A DNA stretch of 64,000 bases from Parcubacteria group bacterium Gr01-1014_30 (lineage in GTDB: Bacteria > Patescibacteriota > Minisyncoccia > Minisyncoccales > 2-12-FULL-40-12). Made by a program: the position numbers and the translations under genes. Position 1 is the stretch's first letter. Each line of letters starts with the position of its first letter. The stretch spans positions 25,983 through 89,982 of the forward strand of contig VMFS01000003.1 in NCBI GenBank assembly GCA_007376185.1, read 5' to 3'. The notes beneath the pieces were generated by a model. It saw only the letters and a program-made list of their open reading frames with translations. It ran no database searches and had not been told where the DNA came from. Of this stretch, positions 29,266 through 39,614 are shown piece by piece.

Positions 29266-30926
29266 TCAGGATAGGTTTGGCTCAAATAAACTGCACTGTC
29301 GGCGACTTGGAAGGAAATTTCCAAAAAATTAAAGCGTGGATAAAAAAAGCCGAGGATCTTAACCTTGACGTTATCGCTTTTCCTGAGCTTGCAATAACCG
29401 GTTACCCGCCAGAAGACCTTTTGCTCAAACCCAGATTTATCCAAGACAACTTGAAAAAAATAAGAGAGCTAGCACCTTTTGTTAAAAAAACAGCGGCCAT
29501 TGTGGGATTTGTTGATAAAGAAGGAAGTCACATATATAACTCCGCCGCCTTAATCAAAGGAGGAAAAATAGTTGGAGTTTATCGTAAAATGTGTTTGCCA
29601 AACTACGGCGTATTTGACGAAAAGCGTTATTTTCTGCCGGGGCAGAAGCTTTTGGTTTTCAAAATAGGGAAAATTACAGCTGGAATAAATATCTGTGAGG
29701 ACATCTGGGAAGAATCTGGCCCCACAAGGGCGCTGGGCAAAAGGGGGACAAAAATAGTGTTTACCATCAATGGGTCCCCATACCACCAAGGTAAAATTAG
29801 ACAAAGAGAAGAAATAGTTAAAGATCAAGCTAAAGCAAACAAAATTGCAGTAGTTTACATCAATTTGGTAGGTGGCCAAGATGAGTTGGTTTTTGACGGT
29901 CAGAGCATGGTAGTGGATAGTAAGGGTTTAGTGGTCTCGAGAGCCAAAGCGTTTGTGGAAGAGTTGCTGGTGGTGGAAATAGATGCAACGGGTTCTAAAT
30001 TAAAATTTAAAAGTTCAAAATTGGAATCTCTTTTTTTGGAAGAAGAAGTATATAAAGCGTTATTGCTCGGCTTGGGAGATTATGTGAGGAAAAACGGTTT
30101 CAAAAAAGTGGTAGTTGGGCTTTCTGGCGGGATTGATTCATCTTTGGTAGCAACTTTGGCTGTTGACGCTTTGGGCAAAGATAACGTCACTGGAGTAGTT
30201 ATGCCTTCAAGGTTTTCTTCTCTTTTATCAAAAGAAGACGCAGAAAGTTTAGCTAAAAATTTGAGAATTAAATTAATGATAGTTTCTATTGAACCAATTT
30301 TCAAAGCTTACTTGGAAACCTTAAATCCACAAATTCAAGATTTGGAGCAGGATATAGCTATGGAGAACATTCAAGCTAGGATCCGCGGCAACATTTTAAT
30401 GGCTTTTTCCAATAAATTTAACTGGCTGGTTTTGACCACCGGGAACAAATCAGAGATGAGTGTGGGTTATGCCACCCTTTATGGAGATATGGCTGGAGGT
30501 TTCGCGCCCATCAAAGATATTCCCAAAACTTTGGTCTACAAGCTTGCAAGATACAGAAACTCGCTTGCCGAGCCCGTGACGGCGAGGCGGGAGAGGTTAG
30601 CAGAACATTCAGCGACCTCAAGAGTCATACCGGAAAGTGTGCTAGTAAAGGAACCATCGGCCGAGCTGAGGTTAAACCAAAAAGACAGAGATTCTCTGCC
30701 GCCTTACGAAATCTTAGACCCTATCTTGAAGTTATACGTTGAACAGGATTTAGGCGTTGATCGGATTTTGAAGTTGGGTTTTGAGAAAGAGGTTGTTTCA
30801 AAGGTTGCAGGAATGGTTGACAAATCAGAATATAAGAGAAGGCAGTCGCCTCCTGGCATCAAAATCACTCCCAAGGCTTTTGGCAAAGACCGAAGAGTGC
30901 CAATTACCAACAAGTATGGAAAATAA
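29235..30926 (+). CDS. nadE: Glutamine-dependent NAD+ synthetase with an in-frame repeat insertion
   Basis: Nitrilase domain (FPEL, LPNYGVFDEKRYF, ICEDIW); GLSGGIDS; ENIQAR; TGNKSE; SEYKRRQ. Confidence 0.92.
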   Translation: MAKNKDNQNLIRIGLAQINCTVGDLEGNFQKIKAWIKKAEDLNLDVIAFPELAITGYPPEDLLLKPRFIQDNLKKIRELAPFVKKTAAIVGFVDKEGSHIYNSAALIKGGKIVGVYRKMCLPNYGVFDEKRYFLPGQKLLVFKIGKITAGINICEDIWEESGPTRALGKRGTKIVFTINGSPYHQGKIRQREEIVKDQAKANKIAVVYINLVGGQDELVFDGQSMVVDSKGLVVSRAKAFVEELLVVEIDATGSKLKFKSSKLESLFLEEEVYKALLLGLGDYVRKNGFKKVVVGLSGGIDSSLVATLAVDALGKDNVTGVVMPSRFSSLLSKEDAESLAKNLRIKLMIVSIEPIFKAYLETLNPQIQDLEQDIAMENIQARIRGNILMAFSNKFNWLVLTTGNKSEMSVGYATLYGDMAGGFAPIKDIPKTLVYKLARYRNSLAEPVTARRERLAEHSATSRVIPESVLVKEPSAELRLNQKDRDSLPPYEILDPILKLYVEQDLGVDRILKLGFEKEVVSKVAGMVDKSEYKRRQSPPGIKITPKAFGKDRRVPITNKYGK

Positions 30927-32232
30927 ACCTAAACTTTCAATTCTCGGTCTGGGAAAACTAGGAGCACCCATGGTGGCCGCTTTTGCGGCGCGTGGTTTTA
31001 GAGTTATTGGAGTTGACGTAAATGCCGATTTTGTAAGGTTGATAAATGAGGGCAGGTCGTCTGTTTTTGAGCCGCACCTGGAAGATTATTTAAGAGCCAA
31101 TAAATCAATGATATCAGCCACTCAAAATTACGAAGAAGCTGTTTTAAATTCGGATATTACTTTTATTATTGTGCCAACGCCGAGCGACAATAACAATGAT
31201 TTTTCAATGAAGTATGTGGTTGAAGTCGGCAAAAAAATAGGCGAGGCAATTAAGAAAAAGAAAACTTTTCATTTGGTTGTTTTAACAAGTACGGTAACGC
31301 CTTCTTCTACTCAAAGAGAACTTCTACCGGTTTTGGCGAGGAGCTCTCAAAAGCAGTTGGGTCGGGACTTTGGCTTGTGTTACAATCCTGAGTTCATTGC
31401 TTTGGGCGAGGTAATTGAGGACATACTAAACCCAGATTTTGTTTTGATAGGAGAATCCGATAAAAGAAGCGGCGACATTTTGGAAGAATTTTACAAAAAT
31501 GTTTGCCAAAACAACCCTCCGATTAAAAAAATGAGCATTATCAATGCCGAAATCACCAAAATAGCCTTAAACACATACGTGACCACCAAAATTTCTTATG
31601 CCAATATGCTGGCTGAATTGTGCGAAGCAATTCCAGGGGGCAATGTCGACGTTGTCACAGATGCTTTGGGATGCGACACCAGAATCGGGCAAAAGTATTT
31701 AAAAGGCGCCCTTGGCTATATGGGCCCGTGCTTTCCGAGAGACGGACGAGCGTTTATGTATACGGCAAAGAAGTTCGGTATTTCACTTCCCATTACCCAA
31801 GCCACGGATGAGATTAACAGACGGCAGGTGCCGCGGCTGCAAGAAAAAGTTTTAAGGTTGGTGCCAAAAAAAGGAAAAATCGCAGTTTTGGGCGTTGCTT
31901 ACAAGCCCAATACAAACATTATTGAAGAGTCGCAAGGTTTGGAGTTTGCCAAAGTTTTTTCTGAAAAGGAATTCCAAGTTAAAGTTTACGACCCCAAAGC
32001 TATGGCAGAAGCAAAAAAAAGCTTGAATAATGCCTTATTTTCAGCTTCCCTTAAAGAAGCTGTTGGAGAGGCCGACCTTATATTTATTGCCACTCCCTGG
32101 GAAGAATTTAAAAATATGAAGCCAGCCTGGCTAAAACACGGAGTAGTTTTATTCGACTGCTGGCGGATTTTAGACCCCAGAAAGTATGAAGGTATAGCCA
32201 AGTATATTCCTTTGGGCGTTAATGTTCGTTGA
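30916..32232 (+). CDS. UDP-glucose/GDP-mannose dehydrogenase-family protein
   Basis: GLGKLG; VPTPS; YNPEF; GPCFPRD; GVAYKP. Confidence 0.88.
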   Translation: MENKPKLSILGLGKLGAPMVAAFAARGFRVIGVDVNADFVRLINEGRSSVFEPHLEDYLRANKSMISATQNYEEAVLNSDITFIIVPTPSDNNNDFSMKYVVEVGKKIGEAIKKKKTFHLVVLTSTVTPSSTQRELLPVLARSSQKQLGRDFGLCYNPEFIALGEVIEDILNPDFVLIGESDKRSGDILEEFYKNVCQNNPPIKKMSIINAEITKIALNTYVTTKISYANMLAELCEAIPGGNVDVVTDALGCDTRIGQKYLKGALGYMGPCFPRDGRAFMYTAKKFGISLPITQATDEINRRQVPRLQEKVLRLVPKKGKIAVLGVAYKPNTNIIEESQGLEFAKVFSEKEFQVKVYDPKAMAEAKKSLNNALFSASLKEAVGEADLIFIATPWEEFKNMKPAWLKHGVVLFDCWRILDPRKYEGIAKYIPLGVNVR

Positions 32233-32268
32233 GCTGCGCTCGTTTCGCATCTCGGCTAAGGCTAAATC

Positions 32269-33363
32269 ATGAAGACGGCCATTGTTACCACCACCATAAA
32301 TATACCCGAAGCTCTGGCAGGTTATGCAGAGTCGGCAAAGCAATACGGCCACCGCGACGTGGCTTTCATTATAATTGGCGACTTAAAAACCCCTCAAGGC
32401 GCAAAAGATTTTTGCGAGAAACTGGCAAAAGAAAGCTCTCTTGAGGTTTTGTTTCTTGACGTTGAAAGCCAGAAAAGTTATCTGAAAAAGTATCCGGAAC
32501 TTTTGGATTTCCTGCCTTATAACTCCGACAAGAGGAGAAACATTGGTTTTTTACTAGCTTACGAGCAAGGGGCTGAGAAAATAATCACAATTGACGACGA
32601 CAATTTTTGTTTGGAAGGCGATTTCATTGGTCAGCACGGTATAGTCGGCGAGATAAAGAGCTTCGACTCTATTTACTCAGAAAGCGGGTGGTTTAACGTT
32701 TGCTCTTTTTTGAAAGAGGCAAGGGGGCAGGCATTTTTTCACCGCGGCTATCCGGTACAGAAAAGAGTCAAAGAACACAAAATTGAGCAGTCAATCGCGC
32801 AGGGAAAAGTGGCGGCAAACGCCGGCCTCTGGTTGGGCGATCCAGACGTTGACGCAGTTACCAGAATAGCTATTAGTCCGGAGGCAGTGGGATATAAAAG
32901 GCAGGATAACTTCTTTTTGGCCAAGGGAACTTGGTCGCCTTTTGACTCGCAAAACGTGGCGTTTGCCAGAGAGGTTATTCCAGCCTATTTTCTGAGCCAC
33001 CATATTGGCAGAGATTCCGACATCTGGGCAAGCTACATTGTGCGCAAAATTACAGATCATATGGGGGAATTAGTAAGCTACGGCAGACCGTTGGTGAAGC
33101 AGTTGCGTAACGAGCACGATTTAGTCAGCGATTTGGAACAAGAACTAGATAGCATGCGCTTAATAGACAGGTTCTGCGAGCATTTGAGAAACATAAACCT
33201 GAAAGGGCAAAGCTACAAAGAATGTTTTACCGTTTTGGTTGGCAAACTGGGAGAATCCTTCAGGCAGGATGAAAGTTTTTCAGAAAGGGATGCGGTTTTG
33301 CTGAACAATTTCTGCCAAGGCCTTAGAGTATGGGCGGAAACAATAGACAAAGTCGGCTCTTAA
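32269..33363 (+). CDS. Reversibly glycosylated polypeptide / UDP-arabinopyranose mutase (GT75/STELLO)-like protein
   Basis: TTTI; IGDLKTP; RRNIGFL; TIDDDN; RGYP; GLWLGDPDVDA; QNVAF. Confidence 0.7.
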   Translation: MKTAIVTTTINIPEALAGYAESAKQYGHRDVAFIIIGDLKTPQGAKDFCEKLAKESSLEVLFLDVESQKSYLKKYPELLDFLPYNSDKRRNIGFLLAYEQGAEKIITIDDDNFCLEGDFIGQHGIVGEIKSFDSIYSESGWFNVCSFLKEARGQAFFHRGYPVQKRVKEHKIEQSIAQGKVAANAGLWLGDPDVDAVTRIAISPEAVGYKRQDNFFLAKGTWSPFDSQNVAFAREVIPAYFLSHHIGRDSDIWASYIVRKITDHMGELVSYGRPLVKQLRNEHDLVSDLEQELDSMRLIDRFCEHLRNINLKGQSYKECFTVLVGKLGESFRQDESFSERDAVLLNNFCQGLRVWAETIDKVGS

Positions 33364-34305
33364 ATGGCTAGTATCTTACCCAAGTTAAGAGAACTGCAAA
33401 GAGCGAAAGGCGTCTTGCCCAAAAAACCCGCGAAAAAAGACAGGGTTGGTTTCGTTTTCAGCACCAAAGAGAGAACGGACTTCACCAAGAGGACGCTCGC
33501 ATCTTTGGACAGGGACAAAGGATACGATATTTTATGGATGGATGGCAGTGATACGGAAACAGCCAGACGTTTGCCCAAAATATACCGTTTTAAGAACGTC
33601 AAACTCAAAGAATATCATTTAGATATCAGGGGAGGGCCGGATAAAACTATACAGTTCGGCTTGGAAAGATTGCTGGAGTTAGGCTACGACTGGTGCGGTC
33701 TTATTGAAAACGACATTTTGTTCAAAAAGGGCTGGTTTGCGAAATTGATGAACTTGTTCCGACTTTCCGCCAAAGAAGGAATCGCGGCGGGAGCCGGTAC
33801 GGTCAGAAATTTGGAGAGCAGGGTTTTGGAATACAGAAAGGGTTACACCGTAAACTGGAACATCGGAGCAGGCATGATTCTTTTCACCAGAGAAGCCGCG
33901 CAGCTATTGGTTAAAAATTATCCTCCAATAGCCACGGCTTTTGGTTTATACAAGTTTTGGGCAGAGCATTTTGGTTTGGATTTGAGTCAAGCTAAGGAGC
34001 TTTGGTTTGGAAAGCCCAATAGAGCGCTTTCTTCTGACTTCAACTACGAAACCGTGCTTTATTCCAATGGTTTCTCGGCGATAGGGTCAATGCCGGCTTT
34101 TGTGGCTGGAGAGTTGGAGCAGGGAGTCAATCCGCAAGAGAGAGGCACAAAGTACGTTTCTGGCAAAAAACAAGGGCTTTTATACCCCACCATTACTTCC
34201 AAAAAATTGTTGCGGATTCGTTTGGTCTCGCCGTTTTTAACCTTCATGTTGATACTTTTCAGGAATGCGCCTTGGCTTAAAAGATTGGTACGCCGCTTTC
34301 TATGA
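33364..34305 (+). CDS. GT2-like glycosyltransferase
   Basis: WMDGS; GLIENDI; locus context. Confidence 0.55.
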   Translation: MASILPKLRELQRAKGVLPKKPAKKDRVGFVFSTKERTDFTKRTLASLDRDKGYDILWMDGSDTETARRLPKIYRFKNVKLKEYHLDIRGGPDKTIQFGLERLLELGYDWCGLIENDILFKKGWFAKLMNLFRLSAKEGIAAGAGTVRNLESRVLEYRKGYTVNWNIGAGMILFTREAAQLLVKNYPPIATAFGLYKFWAEHFGLDLSQAKELWFGKPNRALSSDFNYETVLYSNGFSAIGSMPAFVAGELEQGVNPQERGTKYVSGKKQGLLYPTITSKKLLRIRLVSPFLTFMLILFRNAPWLKRLVRRFL

Positions 34306-35189
34306 GAAAGGAAAAAGGATTTTATGCCGCAAAAATATATCAAGCTTTTCGCAGAAACTTGTTGAGAGGGCGGTATTTGGGAAACAGTTCCTTGCCGGTA
34401 AAAATTTTTGCAGAACCTTTAATCAAGTTGCTTTCTTGGCGAAAACGGATGAAAGTTTTTCCGGCAGATCCCTGGGGCACCAGAATGCGGTTTCTTCTAG
34501 GGTGGTGGGAGCCAGAGACGGTTAAAGTATGCGAGGAAATTATTAAACCCGGGATGACAATAGTTGACGTTGGAGCCCACGTTGGATACTACACAAGGAT
34601 TTTTTCAGAGCTAGTTGGTAAAAAGGGCAAGGTGCTAGCATTTGAGCCGCATCCTGCTACTTTTAATTTTCTTTCTTTTAATATTCCTCCCTTTTCATAT
34701 CCTAATGTCAAGCTCTTCCCTTTAGCCCTATCTGATAGAAAAGAAACACTTGCACTCTTTGAAGTTAAGGGGTCAGGCAAACATAGTTTTTACGACGTTT
34801 CATCTTTAGCTGAAAGAGACCCTCAGGCATATGAATTTAAGAAAAAATGGAAAGTCAAAGCAGAGATTTTAGACGAAATTTTAGATGAACACGAAATTCA
34901 GAATGTGGACTTTATGAAAGTAGATGTTGAGGGAGCTGAACTCAGAGTTTTAAAAGGAGCTGAAAAAACAATCAGACAGTCAGCCAACATACAGCTTATT
35001 GTAGAGTTCAACATTGGAACGCTATCTTTGGCAGGGGTTTTGCCAGAGGAATTTATAAAACAGCTTAAAAATCTGGGCTTTAGAAAAATTTTGGGGGTGG
35101 ACGATGTTGAACGAAAGTTGCGACCAGTTAAAGAGCTTTGGGAGCGTGCCCAAGCAGGTTACATTGATCTTTTATGCAGCAAGAGTTAA
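34302..35189 (+). CDS. FkbM-family methyltransferase
   Basis: VDVGAHVGYY; AFEP; KVDVEGAELRVLKG. Confidence 0.88.
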   Translation: MRKEKGFYAAKIYQAFRRNLLRGRYLGNSSLPVKIFAEPLIKLLSWRKRMKVFPADPWGTRMRFLLGWWEPETVKVCEEIIKPGMTIVDVGAHVGYYTRIFSELVGKKGKVLAFEPHPATFNFLSFNIPPFSYPNVKLFPLALSDRKETLALFEVKGSGKHSFYDVSSLAERDPQAYEFKKKWKVKAEILDEILDEHEIQNVDFMKVDVEGAELRVLKGAEKTIRQSANIQLIVEFNIGTLSLAGVLPEEFIKQLKNLGFRKILGVDDVERKLRPVKELWERAQAGYIDLLCSKS

Positions 35190-36190
35190 AGAAAATTCTT
35201 ATTTCAACATACAAACCGACTAAAGGCAGAGGGGGCTTTACCTATGCAACAACGCTTAAAGAGGCCCTATCTCAGCATTTTCAGGTAGACAGCTTAAATT
35301 TATCTCCCGAGAATAAATTACCCCTGTATTTCAAAATCCCGAAAATACTGACGAATCTTTGGGAATCGAGCAGCGTAAAATCCTACGATATCGTGATTCG
35401 AGATTTAGATTCTTGCCTACTTTTAAATAAAAAACCTACAAAGACTATCGCCATTATTCATCACATTGATTATTCTTTTGCCTCGCTATTGGTGAAGTTT
35501 GTATTCTTCTTTTTGACTCCTCTGATTTTGCGAAATTTAAGAGAAGTTGATGCTATCGTTGTAGTTTCTAAATACTGGCAGCGGTATTTTGAAAAAAGAG
35601 GTTATCGCAATGTCCACCTTATTTATAACGGCTTTGAGCCGTCGTTTTATAATTTGGATTTAGATGAAATTGAGCAGTTTAAGAAAAATTATGGACTCCT
35701 GGGAAAACCAATTGTCTACTTGGGGGATTGCCAAAAAGCAAAGGGCGTGACGAAGAGCTATGAGGCCTTAAAGGGCATTGATGTGTATCTGGTTACCTCG
35801 GGAAAGCAGGGGGTGAAAATCCCTGCGAAAAATTTAGAATTAGGTTACGAAGATTACCTAAAGCTTTTGTCAGCTTCTTTCTTGGTGGTTACTATGTCTC
35901 AATTTCCGGAAGGGTGGTGCCGCACTACCCATGAGGCAATGCTTTTGAAAAAACCTGTTGTGGGTTCAGGCAGAGGCGGCATGAGAGAGCTCTTGGAAGG
36001 AGGGCATCAAATAATTTGCGATGACTTTAATTCTTTAAAAGAAAAGGTTAAATACTTGTTAGACCATCCGCAAGAGCAAAAAAGAGTGGGCGAAGCTGGT
36101 TTTAATTTTGCCAAAAACTTTACCGCTGAAAAATTTAAAAATGACTGGCTGAAACTCTTATTTAGAGTTTGCGGAAATAAAATAGAGTAA
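35174..36190 (+). CDS. GT4 glycosyltransferase
   Basis: VVSK; IYNG; EGWCRTTHEAMLLKKPVV. Confidence 0.82.
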   Translation: MQQELKKILISTYKPTKGRGGFTYATTLKEALSQHFQVDSLNLSPENKLPLYFKIPKILTNLWESSSVKSYDIVIRDLDSCLLLNKKPTKTIAIIHHIDYSFASLLVKFVFFFLTPLILRNLREVDAIVVVSKYWQRYFEKRGYRNVHLIYNGFEPSFYNLDLDEIEQFKKNYGLLGKPIVYLGDCQKAKGVTKSYEALKGIDVYLVTSGKQGVKIPAKNLELGYEDYLKLLSASFLVVTMSQFPEGWCRTTHEAMLLKKPVVGSGRGGMRELLEGGHQIICDDFNSLKEKVKYLLDHPQEQKRVGEAGFNFAKNFTAEKFKNDWLKLLFRVCGNKIE

Positions 36191-37403
36191 GGCAGCTGAT
36201 AAAAATTTGGCTGATAAGAAGTGATGCTGTTACGCCCCAGATTCCAAAAAAAGGTATAAGGGCAAAAAAAAGCGCTATTTTCAAAAAAGGGGAGGCTGTG
36301 TTGATAACATATAAATCCTTTTGGCGCATGTCAGCTATCAAGGCAGCATTGAGAAAGGAAAAGGGTGCTAAAGCAATCATTAGAGAGAGTGCCTGGAAAT
36401 AGATAACTGATTCTAAGTATTGTGGAAGCAAAATTTTATATATGAGTGGAGCGGCTAAAGCCAAAAGTAAAGCCAAAGGCAAGAAAACAAAGAACAATTT
36501 ATAGAATTTTTTCATAATATCCGGTTTTTTTTCTTTGATATTCTGTTTTCCCAATTTTGGAAGAGCCAAAGATGTGATGGGAATTGCGGTAACTATTCTA
36601 TGAATAGGCAGTTGAGCAAAGGCATAAATAGCAACTTCAGCCGCTCCCAGGAATTTCCACAGCAATAATTTGTCTATGTGGGTTGCCGCCACAGAAAGAA
36701 CTCCCATAACGGTTAAGTGCTTTCCAAAAGATATTGCCCGTTGGTCTTGCTCATCATTGGCGACGTGCTTTAGAGTTTTTCTGTAAAGCAGCCAGTCAAC
36801 GAAAGTGTGGCTCAACAAAAAGGCAGAGACAATTATCAGCAGGTCGTTGCTTATATAAAGCGCAATCAAAAGAGCCAGGGCCACCATTGCCGCAGAAAAC
36901 ACTTCGTACTTTGTTTGCACGTCAAATCTTTTCCTACCGTTCCAAAAGTAAAGGTAAATCTGAAACGACTCAAGAAGGGGTAAAAAGAAGGCACCCAGCA
37001 AGAAAACAGCACCCAAAGCTTGGTTGCCTCTTAAAGAGTACCAAATAGCAAGTAGGAGCGCAAAAAAAGAACCAAGCAAGCCCCATTTTAATTTCTCTCG
37101 CATGGCCAAGCTCATAGTTCCTTCTTTTCCTTGAGCTATGCTTTTTACCATGGATGTGTGAATGCCGGGTAGGGTGAATATTGAAAGAACCGAGATTATG
37201 GCTATTAAGTACTGATATTTGCCGTAGGTTTCCCGGGGAAGCAAGTTGGCAAAACCGACCATCAAGACAAAAGAAATCAAAAGCAGGGCGATTTTGCCTG
37301 CTATCAACCAAAATCCTCCGCCCACCACATAGCTCATATTTGTGCCGGTGTATTTTTCAGACCAGACAATGAGTTCCTGAAATTTATGCTTGAGTTTATG
37401 CAT
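36162..37403 (-). CDS. Second polysaccharide flippase (Wzx-like), opposite strand
   Basis: Multi-TM; LPRETYGKYQY; IDKLLLWKFLGAAEVAIY. Confidence 0.8.
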   Translation of the reverse strand: MHKLKHKFQELIVWSEKYTGTNMSYVVGGGFWLIAGKIALLLISFVLMVGFANLLPRETYGKYQYLIAIISVLSIFTLPGIHTSMVKSIAQGKEGTMSLAMREKLKWGLLGSFFALLLAIWYSLRGNQALGAVFLLGAFFLPLLESFQIYLYFWNGRKRFDVQTKYEVFSAAMVALALLIALYISNDLLIIVSAFLLSHTFVDWLLYRKTLKHVANDEQDQRAISFGKHLTVMGVLSVAATHIDKLLLWKFLGAAEVAIYAFAQLPIHRIVTAIPITSLALPKLGKQNIKEKKPDIMKKFYKLFFVFLPLALLLALAAPLIYKILLPQYLESVIYFQALSLMIALAPFSFLNAALIADMRQKDLYVINTASPFLKIALFFALIPFFGIWGVTASLLISQIFISCLTLFYFRKL

Positions 37404-37441
37404 ATATTCATCTATTATAAGCAATTCAGAGGAAATTTAAA

Positions 37442-38782
37442 ATGGCGGACTTGAAAAAGATAATTTCACCAACTGCTTTATTAATTATTTTGGCGCTTAG
37501 CATAGGGCTGACTCCCAGTATTCCAGTTGGCACTCTGGAAGGCTTGGAACGGACAATTGACATTCGGGGAGAAGACATTTGGATTCTTGTCTTGTTTTTT
37601 TTCTGGCTGTCTGTTTTTCTCAAATCAAGGCAAGAGCAAATTGAAAAACCTCCTCTTTTTTTACCAATACTTTTCTGGTTAGGCGCAGGCCTGGTGAGTT
37701 TGTTAATTAACTTGTTTTTGGGGAATATTAATGTGCCGCGAGGAGTTTTTTACTTTGCCAAAGAGCTGCAGTTCTTTTTCGTTTACTTTTTCACTTTTTT
37801 CCATGTCAGAAGTTTAACCACCACGAATAAGCTTTTTCGCATTTGGCTTTTTGTGGCGTTGTTAAACATCGTTTGGGTGTTTTGGCAGATTTTCTTCATT
37901 GGCAGAAGGGGCGAATACGGCACTGCTGCTCTCAATGAATGGGGAGTTTTTCCAACCGGAGCTTTCTTTTTGATTTTGTTTATCTTCATCTTCAACTGGT
38001 GGCTACATGTTTACTGGAAGGCAGGTTTTCCGTTCAAGAAAAAGTACTTGTATCTTGGAGCGATTTTAATAATTATTGTGGGGATTCTTGGCGCTCTTTC
38101 CAAAACGGTTTTTATTGCTTTTTGGGTTGCTCTTTTGATAAGTATGATTTTGTACGTATTAAAGACGAAAACATTAAAAGATGCGTGGGCCTCTTTTTTG
38201 CTTTTTTTGACCGTGGGATTGTTTACCTTCGCCGCTTATCTTTCAGTAATACTGCCAAATCTCCCTGCCGCTGAGCGTTTAATGAAGATTTTTTCTTCTT
38301 CGGATTTGGCCGGGGACGTTCAACGAACACGTTTTGACGTTTCAGCGTTACAGCTTCAAGAAGCGCTTGAGCGGCCTTTAGAAATTTTGGGGCCTAAAGA
38401 AAGCATAGGGCCACTGGCAAACTTTTTGTTGGAAGTTTCAAAGTACGCTTTTGGCCGGGGCAAAGGAGCAATTTTGTTGGGTCCTGAGAGTCACAATCAC
38501 TATTTGCGAAATTTCATAGAAACCGGCATTATGGGGAGTTTGCTTTTTTTGACGCTCATGGTAGCTGTTCTGTATTTTGCGTGGAAAGGATTTAAAGACG
38601 CAAAAAACGCAGTTTCTGTCGGGCTTGCAGCTGGGCTCCTTGTAGCTACTCTGACAGTGCTTTTTATGTCAATCGTGGTTGACGCTTTCATAGTTGTTAA
38701 ACCCAACATGACCTATTGGTTTTTTGCGGGTTTGACAATGGCAACATTATACTATGGAAGAGCGCAAACAAAAGGAAATTGA
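37442..38782 (+). CDS. O-antigen polymerase/ligase (Wzy_C)-like membrane protein
   Basis: Multi-TM; FGRG; SHNHYLRNFIETGIMG. Confidence 0.75.
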   Translation: MADLKKIISPTALLIILALSIGLTPSIPVGTLEGLERTIDIRGEDIWILVLFFFWLSVFLKSRQEQIEKPPLFLPILFWLGAGLVSLLINLFLGNINVPRGVFYFAKELQFFFVYFFTFFHVRSLTTTNKLFRIWLFVALLNIVWVFWQIFFIGRRGEYGTAALNEWGVFPTGAFFLILFIFIFNWWLHVYWKAGFPFKKKYLYLGAILIIIVGILGALSKTVFIAFWVALLISMILYVLKTKTLKDAWASFLLFLTVGLFTFAAYLSVILPNLPAAERLMKIFSSSDLAGDVQRTRFDVSALQLQEALERPLEILGPKESIGPLANFLLEVSKYAFGRGKGAILLGPESHNHYLRNFIETGIMGSLLFLTLMVAVLYFAWKGFKDAKNAVSVGLAAGLLVATLTVLFMSIVVDAFIVVKPNMTYWFFAGLTMATLYYGRAQTKGN

Positions 38783-39509
38783 ATACTATGACAAGAAAGT
38801 TGGCGACTTTCAAAGGTTTAAGCCTTCTTTTTTAAGCAGTTATAAATTTCTTTATCAGCTGCTGAAAAACAGGTGCAGAGATAAAGTTGTTTTAGATTTT
38901 GGCTGCGGCGCAGGATTGCACAGCGTACAATTAGCGAAAATGGGAGCAAAAAAAGTTATAGGCATTGATTTGTCGGAGGCTTCTTTGAAGGCGGCAAGAC
39001 TAAGACATGAAATGCAAGATACGAAACACAATATACAATTTATCAACATGGATTGCGAGAACCTGGATTTTGCGGATAGTTATTTTGATGTTATCTTTGA
39101 TGGCGGAACTTTTTCCTCAATTGATTTGGAAACAACTTGGCCGGAACTGATCAGGGTTTTAAAACCGGATGGAGTTTTAATAGGCATTGAAACGTTTGGG
39201 CATAATCCCTTGACCAACTTGAAGCGGAAATTTAACAAACTGACCGGCAATAGAACTGCGTGGGCGGCAAAGCATATTTTTAGAATGCCAGATTTGGCCA
39301 AAGCCAAAGTATATTTCGGCAGCACTGAAGCTTATTACTTTCACTTAGTTTCCTGGCTGGCATTTCCTTTTTTGCGTCTTCCCGGAGGAAAGTTACTGTT
39401 AAAGATACTTGAACTTACTGATAGAATACTCTTGGAGCTGCCTTTTTTGAGAAAATACTCGTTTAAGGTTGTGTTCATTTTTAGCGAACCGAAAAAGAGC
39501 AATAAATGA
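38754..39509 (+). CDS. Class I SAM-dependent methyltransferase
   Basis: VLDFGCGAG; GIDLS; RVLKPDG; degenerate heptamer run at 39002-39038. Confidence 0.85.
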   Translation: MEERKQKEIEYYDKKVGDFQRFKPSFLSSYKFLYQLLKNRCRDKVVLDFGCGAGLHSVQLAKMGAKKVIGIDLSEASLKAARLRHEMQDTKHNIQFINMDCENLDFADSYFDVIFDGGTFSSIDLETTWPELIRVLKPDGVLIGIETFGHNPLTNLKRKFNKLTGNRTAWAAKHIFRMPDLAKAKVYFGSTEAYYFHLVSWLAFPFLRLPGGKLLLKILELTDRILLELPFLRKYSFKVVFIFSEPKKSNK

Positions 39510-39601
39510 TTAAGCCTTTTGTTTCAGTAATAATTCCTTGTAGGCTCGCTGAGACTTCGTCTCCTCTCGCACACTGCGCTCGCTTGCGTGAGCGAAGATA
39601 A
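39506..39601 (+). pseudogene. Vestigial GT2 N-terminus truncated by a repeat element
   Basis: MIKPFVSVIIPCR then repeat-derived LAETSSPLAHCARLRERR*; near-duplicate of the start of 39615. Confidence 0.75.
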
Positions 39602-39614
39602 GAACAATAAATAA

